32,000 nt of DNA, from contig NZ_CP013213.1 in assembly GCF_001545095.1 (NCBI RefSeq), positions 2,040,001 to 2,072,000 of the forward strand. The letters are read 5' to 3'. Each line of letters begins with the position of its first letter. Position 1 is the first letter of the stretch. The notes under the pieces were generated by a model. That model saw nothing but the letters and a program-made list of their open reading frames with translations, ran no database searches and was not told the DNA's origin. Position numbers and translations under genes: made by a program. Source of the DNA: Erysipelothrix larvae (GTDB taxonomy: Bacteria; Bacillota_I; Bacilli_A; Erysipelotrichales; Erysipelotrichaceae). Positions 16,036 to 24,390 of the stretch are shown here, in pieces.

Positions 16036-16249
16036 ATATTCTTCTTCTCCCTCTTCCGTGGCTTACCAAGACTAATAAATAATATTGTGTTTTAATTTTC
16101 TTTCATCAGTCTTAATAACTTTTACATTCAAGACTAGTAAATTTGATTTTACCTGTAAAAAATACGGCAACTAATCAAGCTTAATACGCTTTTGTGCACA
16201 TCACTAGTGGAGCGGATTCCCTAGTGATATTTTTTACAACAAAAAGAAT

Positions 16250-16654
16250 TTATTGACCGGGTGCTGTAACAGTTCCTGAACCGAGCGTGCTCAAAGTTTT
16301 ACCCTGATAAGTCACAGTTCCTCTTGAAGAAGCACTAGAAATAGCGTAATTCTTAAATTGACAATAAACTCTAACATATGCTCCACCCATACCACTGGAA
16401 CTGCCTGACGAATCGAATGATTGATACCCTATAGTCTCAGTAATATACGTCGTTATTTGACCGTTATACTTTGTATCATTAGCAATTGACCCATCAACTG
16501 ATTTTCTATCACTGACCATTGAAACTCTTACGGTCATATAAGAATCAGTCTTTGACAATGCTGATATGTTTGTTGAAAACAAAATAAGTGTAAGTCCAAG
16601 CAATAAAATCGCAGTAAATATTTTCCTTCCATTATTTTTTGTAGCTCTAATCAT
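16250..16654 (-). CDS. Cassette B: small Sec-secreted beta-rich protein of unknown family (about 102 aa mature)
   Basis: MIRATKNNGRKIFTAILLLGLTLILFSTNISA|LSKTDSY... is a signal peptide. The mature part is S/T/G/Y-rich with a single Cys. It shares with the cassette A protein an N-terminal TD(T/S)Y, a Ser/Gly-rich stretch before an aromatic strand, and a C-terminal G.(F/V).Y.G segment. Confidence 0.7.
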   Translation of the reverse strand: MIRATKNNGRKIFTAILLLGLTLILFSTNISALSKTDSYMTVRVSMVSDRKSVDGSIANDTKYNGQITTYITETIGYQSFDSSGSSSGMGGAYVRVYCQFKNYAISSASSRGTVTYQGKTLSTLGSGTVTAPGQ

Positions 16655-16806
16655 AGTTAGTCCCCTTGTTTATATCTTCCGCTCTAATTATATTTTATCA
16701 TGACAACCGAAAATGTATACCCTTTCATTTATTGTTATTTTTATTTTTATTGCAATCACAAATCTTGTGGGATGTTACATTTTTAACATAGGTTTTTCTA
16801 CTTGCA

Positions 16807-17417
16807 TCAATTAACTTTAGAAAAAGTATTCATCATCAGGGTAACCATTCTTCTTACTGCCTCAGCTGGGTCTTCGATGACAATCAATTTCTTGTTTTCT
16901 TTACGATATCCATGTGGTGCTTGGGGTGATGCATAATTCCCCTCCAAAAATAAGCGTGTTATTCTTGCTTCAGAACATTTCTTTATCTTCTTTAATTCAT
17001 ACCCTCTGAATGCTAATTTGATTTTATATTCGTTCACACCAGAATCGGTACGATAAACACATGTAGATAAAACTCACAATTGTAAGCTTTCAGATACTTA
17101 ATCCAGAAACTATTGTATTCATTCTCACGTCCAATTCTCTCACTATCAGTTGCCATAACAAGATTCACATTACCTTTCTTTATATCTGATAGAAGTCTTT
17201 GAAAATTAGGGCGGTCCATAGTCGTTCCACTTTCACCATCATCCACATAAAATCTTACATTGTGAACACCTCCTATTCCACTATTTGTGATCACATTTTG
17301 AAGTACATCAAATTGATGTCTTACACTATAACCATGTTTGGCTTGTTCATCAGCGCTGACACGAACATATACTCCTATTTTGCGCTCTCTTAATTCTTGA
17401 ATTCTCGAAAAAAAATG
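16807..17417 (-). pseudogene. Large serine recombinase (resolvase/invertase N-domain); lacks a start codon, is frameshifted and is 3'-truncated
   Basis: The open frame from 17417 reads ...RIQELRERKIGVYVRVSADEQAKHGYSVRHQFDVLQNVITNSGIGGVHNVRFYVDDGESGTTMDRPNFQRLLSDIKKGNVNLVMATDSERIGR. It contains the catalytic YxRVSxxxQ box. There is no ATG/GTG/TTG upstream of that box. The frame breaks near 17037, and the second piece (...PHGYRKENKKLIVIEDPAEAVRRM...) stops after 76 aa. Confidence 0.75.
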
Positions 17418-17485
17418 TTAGACCAGTTATCTATTTCAAGCACAAAAAACAGTGAAGGTTGAGAGTTTATTCCCTAAATAATAAT

Positions 17486-17493
17486 ATAAAATC
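17486..17493. repeat. Target-site duplication (ATAAAATC), left copy, of the ISL3-like element
   Basis: The identical 8-mer directly abuts both termini (GG... and ...CC) of the element. 8 bp is the canonical ISL3 duplication length. Confidence 0.65.
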
Positions 17494-17778
17494 GGATATT
17501 AAACTTTACTTGGGGTTTTCACTCGCAACACTATTTCTTGGGGTGAGGTAATCTTGCTCTAGCCTCTGTCTTTAAAGAAGTTTGGGGATTTCTGTTGTAA
17601 ACTGATTATCTTAGACCAGCAGAATAAAAAATCACTTTACTTTATGCACAATTAAGTGCTGTATTAAAGTGATTTTTTTTGTATTATTAGTTTAACGAGG
17701 TTAATAAAATGGTAGAAACCCCAAGTTTCCAGACCTAAGTTTCTACCAATCCAATACCTCCTATAAAGGAGTAAGAAT

Positions 17779-18249
17779 ATGATAACAGTTTTCTCAAACA
17801 CATTCAATAATAAACAGTTTTCTCAAAAGGAATATTACAAATTTCTCAATTCAATTAATCCAAAAACAATACCTTGTCCGTGCTGTTCAAAAACAGATAC
17901 ACTGATTCGTTATGGATACTATCCGAAAACCATAATTACTGGGCGATTAACCATTGTCGTAGAAATCGCACGTTTCTTTTGTAATCAATGTAAGAGAACT
18001 CATGCAATAATACCAAGTAACTTACTTCCCTATTTTCAACTGTCTGTACCCACAATTGAAATAATATTAACCCATGAACTTGATAGCACGCTTTTAACTG
18101 ATATTGATGAATCAACATATATTCGGATAAAAATACGTTTTAACGATTATGAATCGGTGAGACATTTAAGTTATTTGGAACGATTGAATTACTTCATATT
18201 ATCCACAAAACGGAATATCTATCATTCCGCCATTACTTCACCAACATGA
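17779..18249 (+). CDS. IS-associated Zn-ribbon protein (resembles the DUF6431 proteins found with ISL3-like transposases)
   Basis: 156 aa with two CxxC pairs (CPCCSK ... CNQCKR) and a THAIIPSNLLPYFQ motif. It lies immediately upstream of the transposase inside the IS. RBS AAAGGAG. Confidence 0.6.
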   Translation: MITVFSNTFNNKQFSQKEYYKFLNSINPKTIPCPCCSKTDTLIRYGYYPKTIITGRLTIVVEIARFFCNQCKRTHAIIPSNLLPYFQLSVPTIEIILTHELDSTLLTDIDESTYIRIKIRFNDYESVRHLSYLERLNYFILSTKRNIYHSAITSPT

Positions 18250-18382
18250 GAAAAATAGTTTTAACTCCTCAGATTGAATATAATGAAGATGGTTATTTAA
18301 ATAACAGACAATCATTTTTATATTTAGGAGCAAGATACATAATGAAACCTTATCAAAATAGTCAAAGAGAGGCAGGGTTTCT

Positions 18383-19858
18383 ATGAACGCTAATGCCACT
18401 CTTTTAAGTAACGAAAAAATTCTTGAATTATTTAACTTAGAACACCATCAAGTCCAGAAGATTGATATCAAAGGTCAAAGTGACGCATTGAATGTGTACA
18501 TTACGCTTCAGGTAGAGGAACAAACATGCCCAATTTGTGAAAGCAAAACATCCACAATCAAAGATTATTCTGAAAAGAAGCTTCTCCACTCACTGGTAAC
18601 ACATATACCCTGTTACATTCGTTACCGTGCACGACGTTATAAATGCACAACGTGTAATAAATGCTTTTTTGAACACAATCCATTTGCGTATCGAAATATG
18701 AAGATTACTCAGCTGACCGTATATAATGTCCTGAATGATCTTAAATCGCCACATGAAACGTTTACCACAGTTGCCAATAGATATCGGTTATCTCCCACTA
18801 CAGTATCATCTATTTTCGATTCCCACGTTTCTGTCTCCAGACAAAAACTACCCGCTTATCTGCTTATTGATGAATGTTATGCGTACCACAGTGATCGCAG
18901 TGATTATGTATGCGTTCTTATTGATGCAATGACAAAGAATATCGTAGATATATTACCGTCCCGTAAGAAACAAGACTTAGTCGCGTATTTTAGCCAAATC
19001 CCCCTTGAAGAACGCAAAGGAGTCTTAGGTATTGGAATCGACATGTGGTATAGCTATAGAGTCGTCGCAAAACAATTCCTTCCAAACGCGTTTATCAGTG
19101 TTGATCGTTTTCATGTTTATAGTGATTTAATGAAACGTATCGACTCTATTAGGGTAGACACTATGAAGAAACTAAAACCTCCTAAGAACTGGAAGCAAAC
19201 AGAAGATAAAGTCAAAAGACAAGAATATTATAAGCGTGACCAGCAATACTATCTGCTTAAAAAGTTCAACTGGTTACTCTATAAAAACCCCAAAGCAACA
19301 ACCACAGTTAAAGATAAGAAATACAATATATTTGATCCAAATGTACCGAAACAACGCAATAAGAAATTGGGAAAGTTTCTAAACCTTTACGACATAATAG
19401 ACCTAATTCTTCAAACGAGCAATGGCCTTGAAGATGCATATAACATGAAGTTCTTACTCGATCAATTCTTCAATGAATCAAAAGCTGAGAATGCACACGA
19501 GAATCTGAACACACTCATCAGAGTGATGGCTCAGAGTAGAGTTGCATCAATCGTTGATTTTAGCCGAACTTTAGGAAAGTGGAAAAATGAAATTGTCGCA
19601 ACTTTCAATAAAGTAGAAAAATGCACAAAGGTCACAAATAAGAAAACAGGAGAAACCCATTATGAAGTTTCCATAACACACATAAACAGTGCGTTGATTG
19701 AGAATCGAAATCGCATAATCAAGCAAATAAAAAACAATGCAAGTGGCTATCGTAATTGGGAGCGGTTTAGGAATCGTGTGTTGTATGTGCTTAATGAAGA
19801 CGCAACATATCGAATTAACCCAATAATTAAAACAACCTATGACAAAGGACTCTCTTAA
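18383..19858 (+). CDS. ISL3 family transposase
   Basis: 491 aa. N-terminal Zn finger (CPICESK...CTTCNKC). DDE core segments LIDECYAYH..., GIDMWYSY and SVDRFHV. C-terminal SALIENRNRIIKQIKNNASGYRNWERFRNRVLY is typical of ISL3/IS204/IS1001-type enzymes. Confidence 0.9.
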   Translation: MNANATLLSNEKILELFNLEHHQVQKIDIKGQSDALNVYITLQVEEQTCPICESKTSTIKDYSEKKLLHSLVTHIPCYIRYRARRYKCTTCNKCFFEHNPFAYRNMKITQLTVYNVLNDLKSPHETFTTVANRYRLSPTTVSSIFDSHVSVSRQKLPAYLLIDECYAYHSDRSDYVCVLIDAMTKNIVDILPSRKKQDLVAYFSQIPLEERKGVLGIGIDMWYSYRVVAKQFLPNAFISVDRFHVYSDLMKRIDSIRVDTMKKLKPPKNWKQTEDKVKRQEYYKRDQQYYLLKKFNWLLYKNPKATTTVKDKKYNIFDPNVPKQRNKKLGKFLNLYDIIDLILQTSNGLEDAYNMKFLLDQFFNESKAENAHENLNTLIRVMAQSRVASIVDFSRTLGKWKNEIVATFNKVEKCTKVTNKKTGETHYEVSITHINSALIENRNRIIKQIKNNASGYRNWERFRNRVLYVLNEDATYRINPIIKTTYDKGLS

Positions 19859-19894
19859 GAAATGACTCATTATTGATATACTATAACAAAAAGA

Positions 19895-19933
19895 GGGAAG
19901 CTATAGTCATGTGCGACTACGCTTCCCTTTGGT
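19895..19933 (+). terminator. Terminator after the ISL3 transposase
   Basis: GGGAAGCTATAGTC-ATGTGC-GACTACGCTTCCC is a long stem, followed by TTTGGTCTTT. Confidence 0.55.
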
Positions 19934-20018
19934 CTTTAACAAACTTGTTTGGGGTAACTTACTCCCCAAGTTATTTTATATCATTTTCTGAATTATCCCC
20001 AAGTTATTTCAGACCGCC

Positions 20019-20026
20019 ATAAAATC
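20019..20026. repeat. Target-site duplication (ATAAAATC), right copy
   Basis: See the entry for 17486-17493. Confidence 0.65.
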
Positions 20027-20066
20027 TTCTCAAAATCTTCTCAGAAGACTTTTGGGTACAAAAAAA

Positions 20067-20129
20067 TCCACTAAATAGTGGACAATGGGGTCAACTTAGC
20101 ATAAGCTTGGTTGACTCCTTTTCTTTTGT
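20067..20129. repeat. Left terminal inverted repeat of the IS1634-like element
   Basis: It is the reverse complement of 24391-24453, read directly from the sequence. Confidence 0.85.
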
Positions 20130-20139
20130 TCTTTATAAT
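20111..20139 (+). promoter_or_regulatory. Near-consensus sigma-70-type promoter reading inward from the left IR (TTGACT - 17 nt - TATAAT)
   Basis: TTGACT at 20111-20116, a 17-nt spacer, and TATAAT at 20134-20139. The -35 box lies inside the IR. Confidence 0.45.
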
Positions 20140-20145
20140 GACGGT

Positions 20146-20414
20146 TTCAATTATTCGGACAATTAAGTAATGCTTAGCAATGTATAAATCAAGCGTCATT
20201 AAAACAACTTTCGCTATATGGTTACGCAAATTTTGTGTTACAATTTAATTGTCTTAACTACACTATTGTCGTACCGTTCTCAGTCCGTAGTGAGTTCTTC
20301 GGACCTTCGGATGATTTCTACCATCTATTCTAAACCGATAGAATGGAGGAGATTTCATAAAGCGACCATAGCGTTCATAGTGTCTATCTCTCCTGATAGG
20401 CACTATATTTTTTA
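20146..20414 (+). ncRNA. Candidate IS-internal non-coding transcript of about 265 nt (promoter-to-terminator unit, convergent with the transposase)
   Basis: It is bounded by the promoter above and by an intrinsic terminator at 20379-20414 (AGTGTCTATC-TCTCCT-GATAGGCACT + ATATTTTTTA). The only ORFs here lack an RBS and run through the terminator. The GC-richer segment 20270-20400 contains several short hairpins. Confidence 0.3.
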
Positions 20415-20464
20415 TAGCAATTTCGGTGATTAAGGACACTGCCTCAAAAATGATTTTAACATTG

Positions 20465-21148
20465 TCAAATATCACCCCCCTTTACCAAGGTTCCTTCATA
20501 CATCAGATCTTTTAGAGTTACAAATTTTGTTTTAAATCCATCCACGTGATTTTGGGTTCTTTTATTGTGTAATTCTGCATTCAGTTCTGCTTCAATGATA
20601 CCTAAAATATTCAAAGCAATAATGCGTGCAAGAATTTTACATTTGTAAACATCAGGACAAGTTGTATTGAATCGCTCAGCTTCTAATTCGGACTTATAAT
20701 ATTTAAAATGTGTTTCAATTTTCCAACGATCTGAATATAGTTCAGCAACTTCTTTATGCGAGAACTCGGCTTGACTCAAATTTGTGAAATAGATATGGTG
20801 TGTTTCGTCTTTTTTACTGGAATTTTTCAATTCATATTTCACCACACGTATTCTAATGCGAGGATTCGATTCAAATGAATCACGCACTTCTTCGTGTTTA
20901 AGTCTTCTTTGCCACTGTTTATTGACTGTAATATCAATCCATCCATCTTTCTCAATTTTAGCTACTTCCTCTTTGAAAAAGTTCGTTTTCCCTCGTATAC
21001 AATACTTGCATCCATTCAGTTCAAGGAATCTGAACAGTTCAACACTACCATAATACCGATCCGTAATATAAATTGATTTGTGGTTGCGAATCAAATCAAT
21101 TGACTTATACAGGTTTTCATATCCTAGCTTGATTTCTGATGTGTTTCG
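20465..21148 (-). pseudogene. C-terminal half of the IS4/IS1634-like transposase (interrupted gene)
   Basis: ...RNTSEIKLGYENLYKSIDLIRNHKSIYITDRYYGS (second D) ... ELYSDRWKIETHFKYYKSEL (YREK/E region). The reading frame continues upstream to the IS21 left end at 21148/21149. Confidence 0.8.
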
Positions 21149-21266
21149 TGCGCTGTATTTGTTAATCTAAAAGTGGGCCAATTCTCAATTGAAAACTGGT
21201 CCACTATTTTTATAACTTCAGAAGTGTGTGATAATGCTTTTGGAGGTGAAAGAGGTGATATCACAA

Positions 21267-22715
21267 ATGAGCAAATATTCAATTATCACATTAAAAAAGA
21301 AAGGATGGTCCAACAGAAAGATTGCCCTTGAATTGGGTATAGACCGAAAGACGGTCGCACGGTATCTTCAGGAATATAATAAATGTCAAATACAATTGAT
21401 TGATAATCATGATTTATCAGACGAAAGAAAAGTAGAAGTCATTGATCAAATTGTTGGGGACCGTCACTATGATGCAAGCAAACGAGGTAAGCGCAAGTTA
21501 ACGCAAGAAATTCAAGCACGCATCATTGAAATTATGGATTCAGAAAAAGATAAAGATATGTTACTAGGAAGACATCATAAGCAAAAGTTAACAGTCACTC
21601 AAATATTTGAAATTATCAAAAGCGAGGGACATGATATTGGTCAGACAACCATACGAAATTTTGTGCATGAAATTCAAGCTTCACGAGAAACATTTATTCG
21701 ACAAGATTATCGATATGGTGAGCGGTTAGAGTTTGACTTTGGAGAAGTAAAGCTTTTAATTAATGGTGAACTAAGAACATATTATCTCGCTGTTTTCTCA
21801 TCACCAGCAAGCGGATATCGGTATGCATATTTATATCCAAACCAACGCAAACAAGTATTCATAGATGCACATGTTCGCTTCTTTGAGCATTCTAAAGGCT
21901 CTTGGGGTGAAGTTGTATATGACAATATGAGAAACGTCGTGAAGCGCTTTATAACGCCTTATGAAAAAGAAATTAATGATGATTGCCTCAAACTGGCACT
22001 CTATTATAATTTTGAAATTAACCTGACTAATATACGAAGTGGTCATGAAAAAGGAAGTGTAGAAAACAGTGTTAAGGTAATTCGAAATCGTGTATTCGCA
22101 AAGGACTATAAGTTTGAAACATTTGAAGAGGCATGTGTTCATCTTGAACAGACTCTTGATGAAATCAATATAAAGAGTTCAATCGAAGATGAAAAGAAAG
22201 AACTTCAACCTTACAGAATTCCTTATGAATTCGCTGATATCGAAGTATATAGTGTTGACAAGTATGGTTGTATACACGTTGAAAATAATTTTTATTCAGT
22301 CCCAGACTATCTCCAACACAAAAGAGTTACGGTCAAAAACACCGTAAATTCGATACGCATCTATTCAAATCACACATTTGTGTACGAACATAAAAAGATA
22401 GATGGTCACCATCAATATCAGCTTGTGTTGGACCACTATCTGAATACAATGATGACTAAGCCGGGATCCGTAAAGAATTCACTTGTCCTAAAACAACATC
22501 CTGAGCTTTATAACATCTACCATAATCATTATAAAACAAGAACTAAAGAGTTCATAGAAATTCTTCAAGAAAACAGGAATGAAACGTATAAAACGCTCAA
22601 AGATGCTTTAAAGTATCGGTTGGTTTCAAATACAATTGACACCGTTGAGTATGATGACAGCATACAAGAACAATCACGTAAACAACTTAAGAAAATAAGC
22701 CAATTAATGCATTAG
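21267..22715 (+). CDS. istA: IS21 family transposase IstA
   Basis: N-terminal HTH (GWSNRKIALELGIDRKTVARYL). DDE core (LEFDFGE..., VYDNMRNVV, GHEKGSVEN). The start is chosen at MSKYSIITL, which has an AGAGGTG RBS; the track ORF begins 13 codons earlier, at 21228. Confidence 0.9.
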   Translation: MSKYSIITLKKKGWSNRKIALELGIDRKTVARYLQEYNKCQIQLIDNHDLSDERKVEVIDQIVGDRHYDASKRGKRKLTQEIQARIIEIMDSEKDKDMLLGRHHKQKLTVTQIFEIIKSEGHDIGQTTIRNFVHEIQASRETFIRQDYRYGERLEFDFGEVKLLINGELRTYYLAVFSSPASGYRYAYLYPNQRKQVFIDAHVRFFEHSKGSWGEVVYDNMRNVVKRFITPYEKEINDDCLKLALYYNFEINLTNIRSGHEKGSVENSVKVIRNRVFAKDYKFETFEEACVHLEQTLDEINIKSSIEDEKKELQPYRIPYEFADIEVYSVDKYGCIHVENNFYSVPDYLQHKRVTVKNTVNSIRIYSNHTFVYEHKKIDGHHQYQLVLDHYLNTMMTKPGSVKNSLVLKQHPELYNIYHNHYKTRTKEFIEILQENRNETYKTLKDALKYRLVSNTIDTVEYDDSIQEQSRKQLKKISQLMH

Positions 22716-22726
22716 GAGAAAAATTA

Positions 22727-23473
22727 ATGGAAACAATTGAACAATTGTCAAAAGAATTAAAACTTTCATTCATAAAAACACACTATGAAGCAGCAATACA
22801 GGAAGCGAAACACAAAGGATTGGATTTTCAAGAATTTCTTAACGAACTGCTTTATTGCGAACGAAACAATCGTCGTGACAACGGAATAAAACAACGCATT
22901 CGTGCTGCTCGATTTCCTCAAAACAAGACATTGGAGGATTTTACGACTGTAAAATTTAATTCAGAATTAAAACGAAAGTTTAAAGAACTGGAAACATTGA
23001 ACTTTATAGAAAATAAAGAAAACATTATCTTAATGAGTAATCCTGGAATGGGAAAAACACATTATGCGACCGCACTTGGAATCAAAGCTTGTCTAGAAAA
23101 TAAAAAAGTGCTATTTATCAGCGTTCCTAATCTAATTATAGAGTTAAAAGAAGCTATGTCAAAAAATCAAATTACGCAATACAAAAAGAAGTTTGAAAAA
23201 TTTGATCTAGTAATTCTTGATGAACTCGGCTATGTGTCATTTGATAAAGAAGGAAGTGAAATTCTATTCAATCTAATCTCAAATAGAATAACAGTGGGCT
23301 CTATGATTATTACAACAAATTTAATGTTTGATAGATGGGAAGAAATATTCAAAGATCCCATTCTAACAACTGCTCTAGTCGACCGCTTAACCTATAAATC
23401 ACATCTATTAAATATGAGTGGAGAGAGTTATCGTGTTGAAGAAACAATTGCTTGGCTAAAGAGCAAAGAATGA
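22727..23473 (+). CDS. istB: IS21 helper ATPase IstB
   Basis: Walker A NPGMGKTH, Walker B LVILDELGY, and an IstB-type C-terminus (TNLMFDRWEEIF.D..L..A.VDRL). Confidence 0.9.
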   Translation: METIEQLSKELKLSFIKTHYEAAIQEAKHKGLDFQEFLNELLYCERNNRRDNGIKQRIRAARFPQNKTLEDFTTVKFNSELKRKFKELETLNFIENKENIILMSNPGMGKTHYATALGIKACLENKKVLFISVPNLIIELKEAMSKNQITQYKKKFEKFDLVILDELGYVSFDKEGSEILFNLISNRITVGSMIITTNLMFDRWEEIFKDPILTTALVDRLTYKSHLLNMSGESYRVEETIAWLKSKE

Positions 23474-23540
23474 CAAACGGTAGTGGACCAGTTTTCAATT
23501 GAGATTTGGACCATTATTCAGTTGACAAATACATGCGCCA

Positions 23541-24263
23541 ATGGTGGTACTTAAGAAAAAATCGTTGGTTATGTCAAACAATCCCCCCATTTTAGTCGTT
23601 ACACGTTTTACATCGGTTTCGCATCGAACTTTTTGGTTCTTATGGAAGCCAAATGTACTAATTGATTCTTTCGATAAGGGAGCTTCTATAACAGTCCCAT
23701 CTTCTGCAAGAATTATGTATCCTTTATAAGTCTTAACAAGATTTGATTTATAAAAAATACGAGTGAAAGATTGCATAATTGAATCAAACACTTTTGGATT
23801 AATTTTACGAAGTGCTTTAGAAAGTGCTTGCTTTGAAACGATACTCTTTATGCAGTCAACACGCGAGTAAAAACGGATCAATTCTTGATTGATTGTTTTC
23901 CCACTTCTAAAAATGAGAAACATCAATAATCGGAAAAATGTCAGTTCCCTAGTACGCGTGAAATAAGCTGGTGACTTACGGGCGATGTCAACAAGAGAAG
24001 ATTGATTCAATGATTGTCTGAAAGTGTGAATGAAATTAGTAATCGTAGAATTCTTAACTACTTGGTTCGTCATCATAAACTAACCTCGGCTTCTTCTTAG
24101 CAAAAGCTGCTTTTAGATATGGGACGCTTTCCGAAGGGACTTTACCAAAGTTAATCAGTACTTTATGCTTTGATACACCCAAATGATCACGAGATGATTC
24201 AACAAGGGCACAATAATATGAATCATCATTCCCTTTATTATTCTTAACTGCTCTAACAAACAT
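23541..24263 (-). pseudogene. N-terminal part of the IS4/IS1634-like transposase (also frameshifted near 24054-24076)
   Basis: MFVRAVKNNKGNDDSYYCALVESSRDHLGVSKHKVLINFGK is the typical IS1634-family N-terminus. A second frame carries ...YKGYIILAEDGTVIEAP (first D) ...FDITNDFFLSTTI, and then reads into the IS21 right IR. Confidence 0.75.
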
Positions 24264-24390
24264 AACAAAACCCTCCTTTTCTTAACTACATTATATATCT
24301 ATAAGCAATTAAATTAAAGGTTATATTACATTTATTCTTAACTACATTTATATCTTTTGATATTACATTTATTGGAAATATTCTTTGAAA

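Larger units (their letters stand above)
17494..20018 (+). mobile_element. ISL3-family insertion sequence carrying an accessory Zn-ribbon ORF and the transposase
   Basis: The termini are GGATATTAAACTTTACTTGGGG... (left) and ...CCCCAAGTTATTTCAGACCGCC (right, reverse complement GGCGGTCTGAAATAACTTGGGG). Both have GG ends with a CTTGGGG box at the same offset. Additional subterminal CTTGGGG/TTTGGGG boxes occur at both ends. The element is flanked by an 8-bp direct repeat, ATAAAATC. Confidence 0.7.
21149..23540 (+). mobile_element. IS21-family insertion sequence (istA-istB) nested in the IS1634-like transposase gene
   Basis: Imperfect IRs of about 58-60 bp, with TG...CA termini. Left: TGCGCTGTATTTGTTAATCTAAAAGTGGGCCAATTCTCAATTGAAAACTGGTCCACTA. 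Reverse complement of the right end: TGGCGCATGTATTTGTCAACTGAATAATGGTCCAAATCTCAATTGAAAACTGGTCCACTA. TGGNCCA boxes are repeated. No unambiguous target duplication is visible. Confidence 0.8.

Noticed and set aside
20260-20330. The GC-richer hairpin-containing segment looked superficially like a group II intron domain V.
   Set aside because: It does not fit the domain V consensus as I recall it (RAGCCGTAT...ACGTACGGTTY). There is no reverse transcriptase/maturase ORF and no GUGYG 5' boundary nearby.
20218-20475. ORFs 20218-20433 (+) and 20263-20475 (-) in the IS tail.
   Set aside because: They have no ribosome-binding sites and implausible compositions. The plus ORF runs through an intrinsic terminator hairpin. 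The region is treated as non-coding, possibly an RNA.
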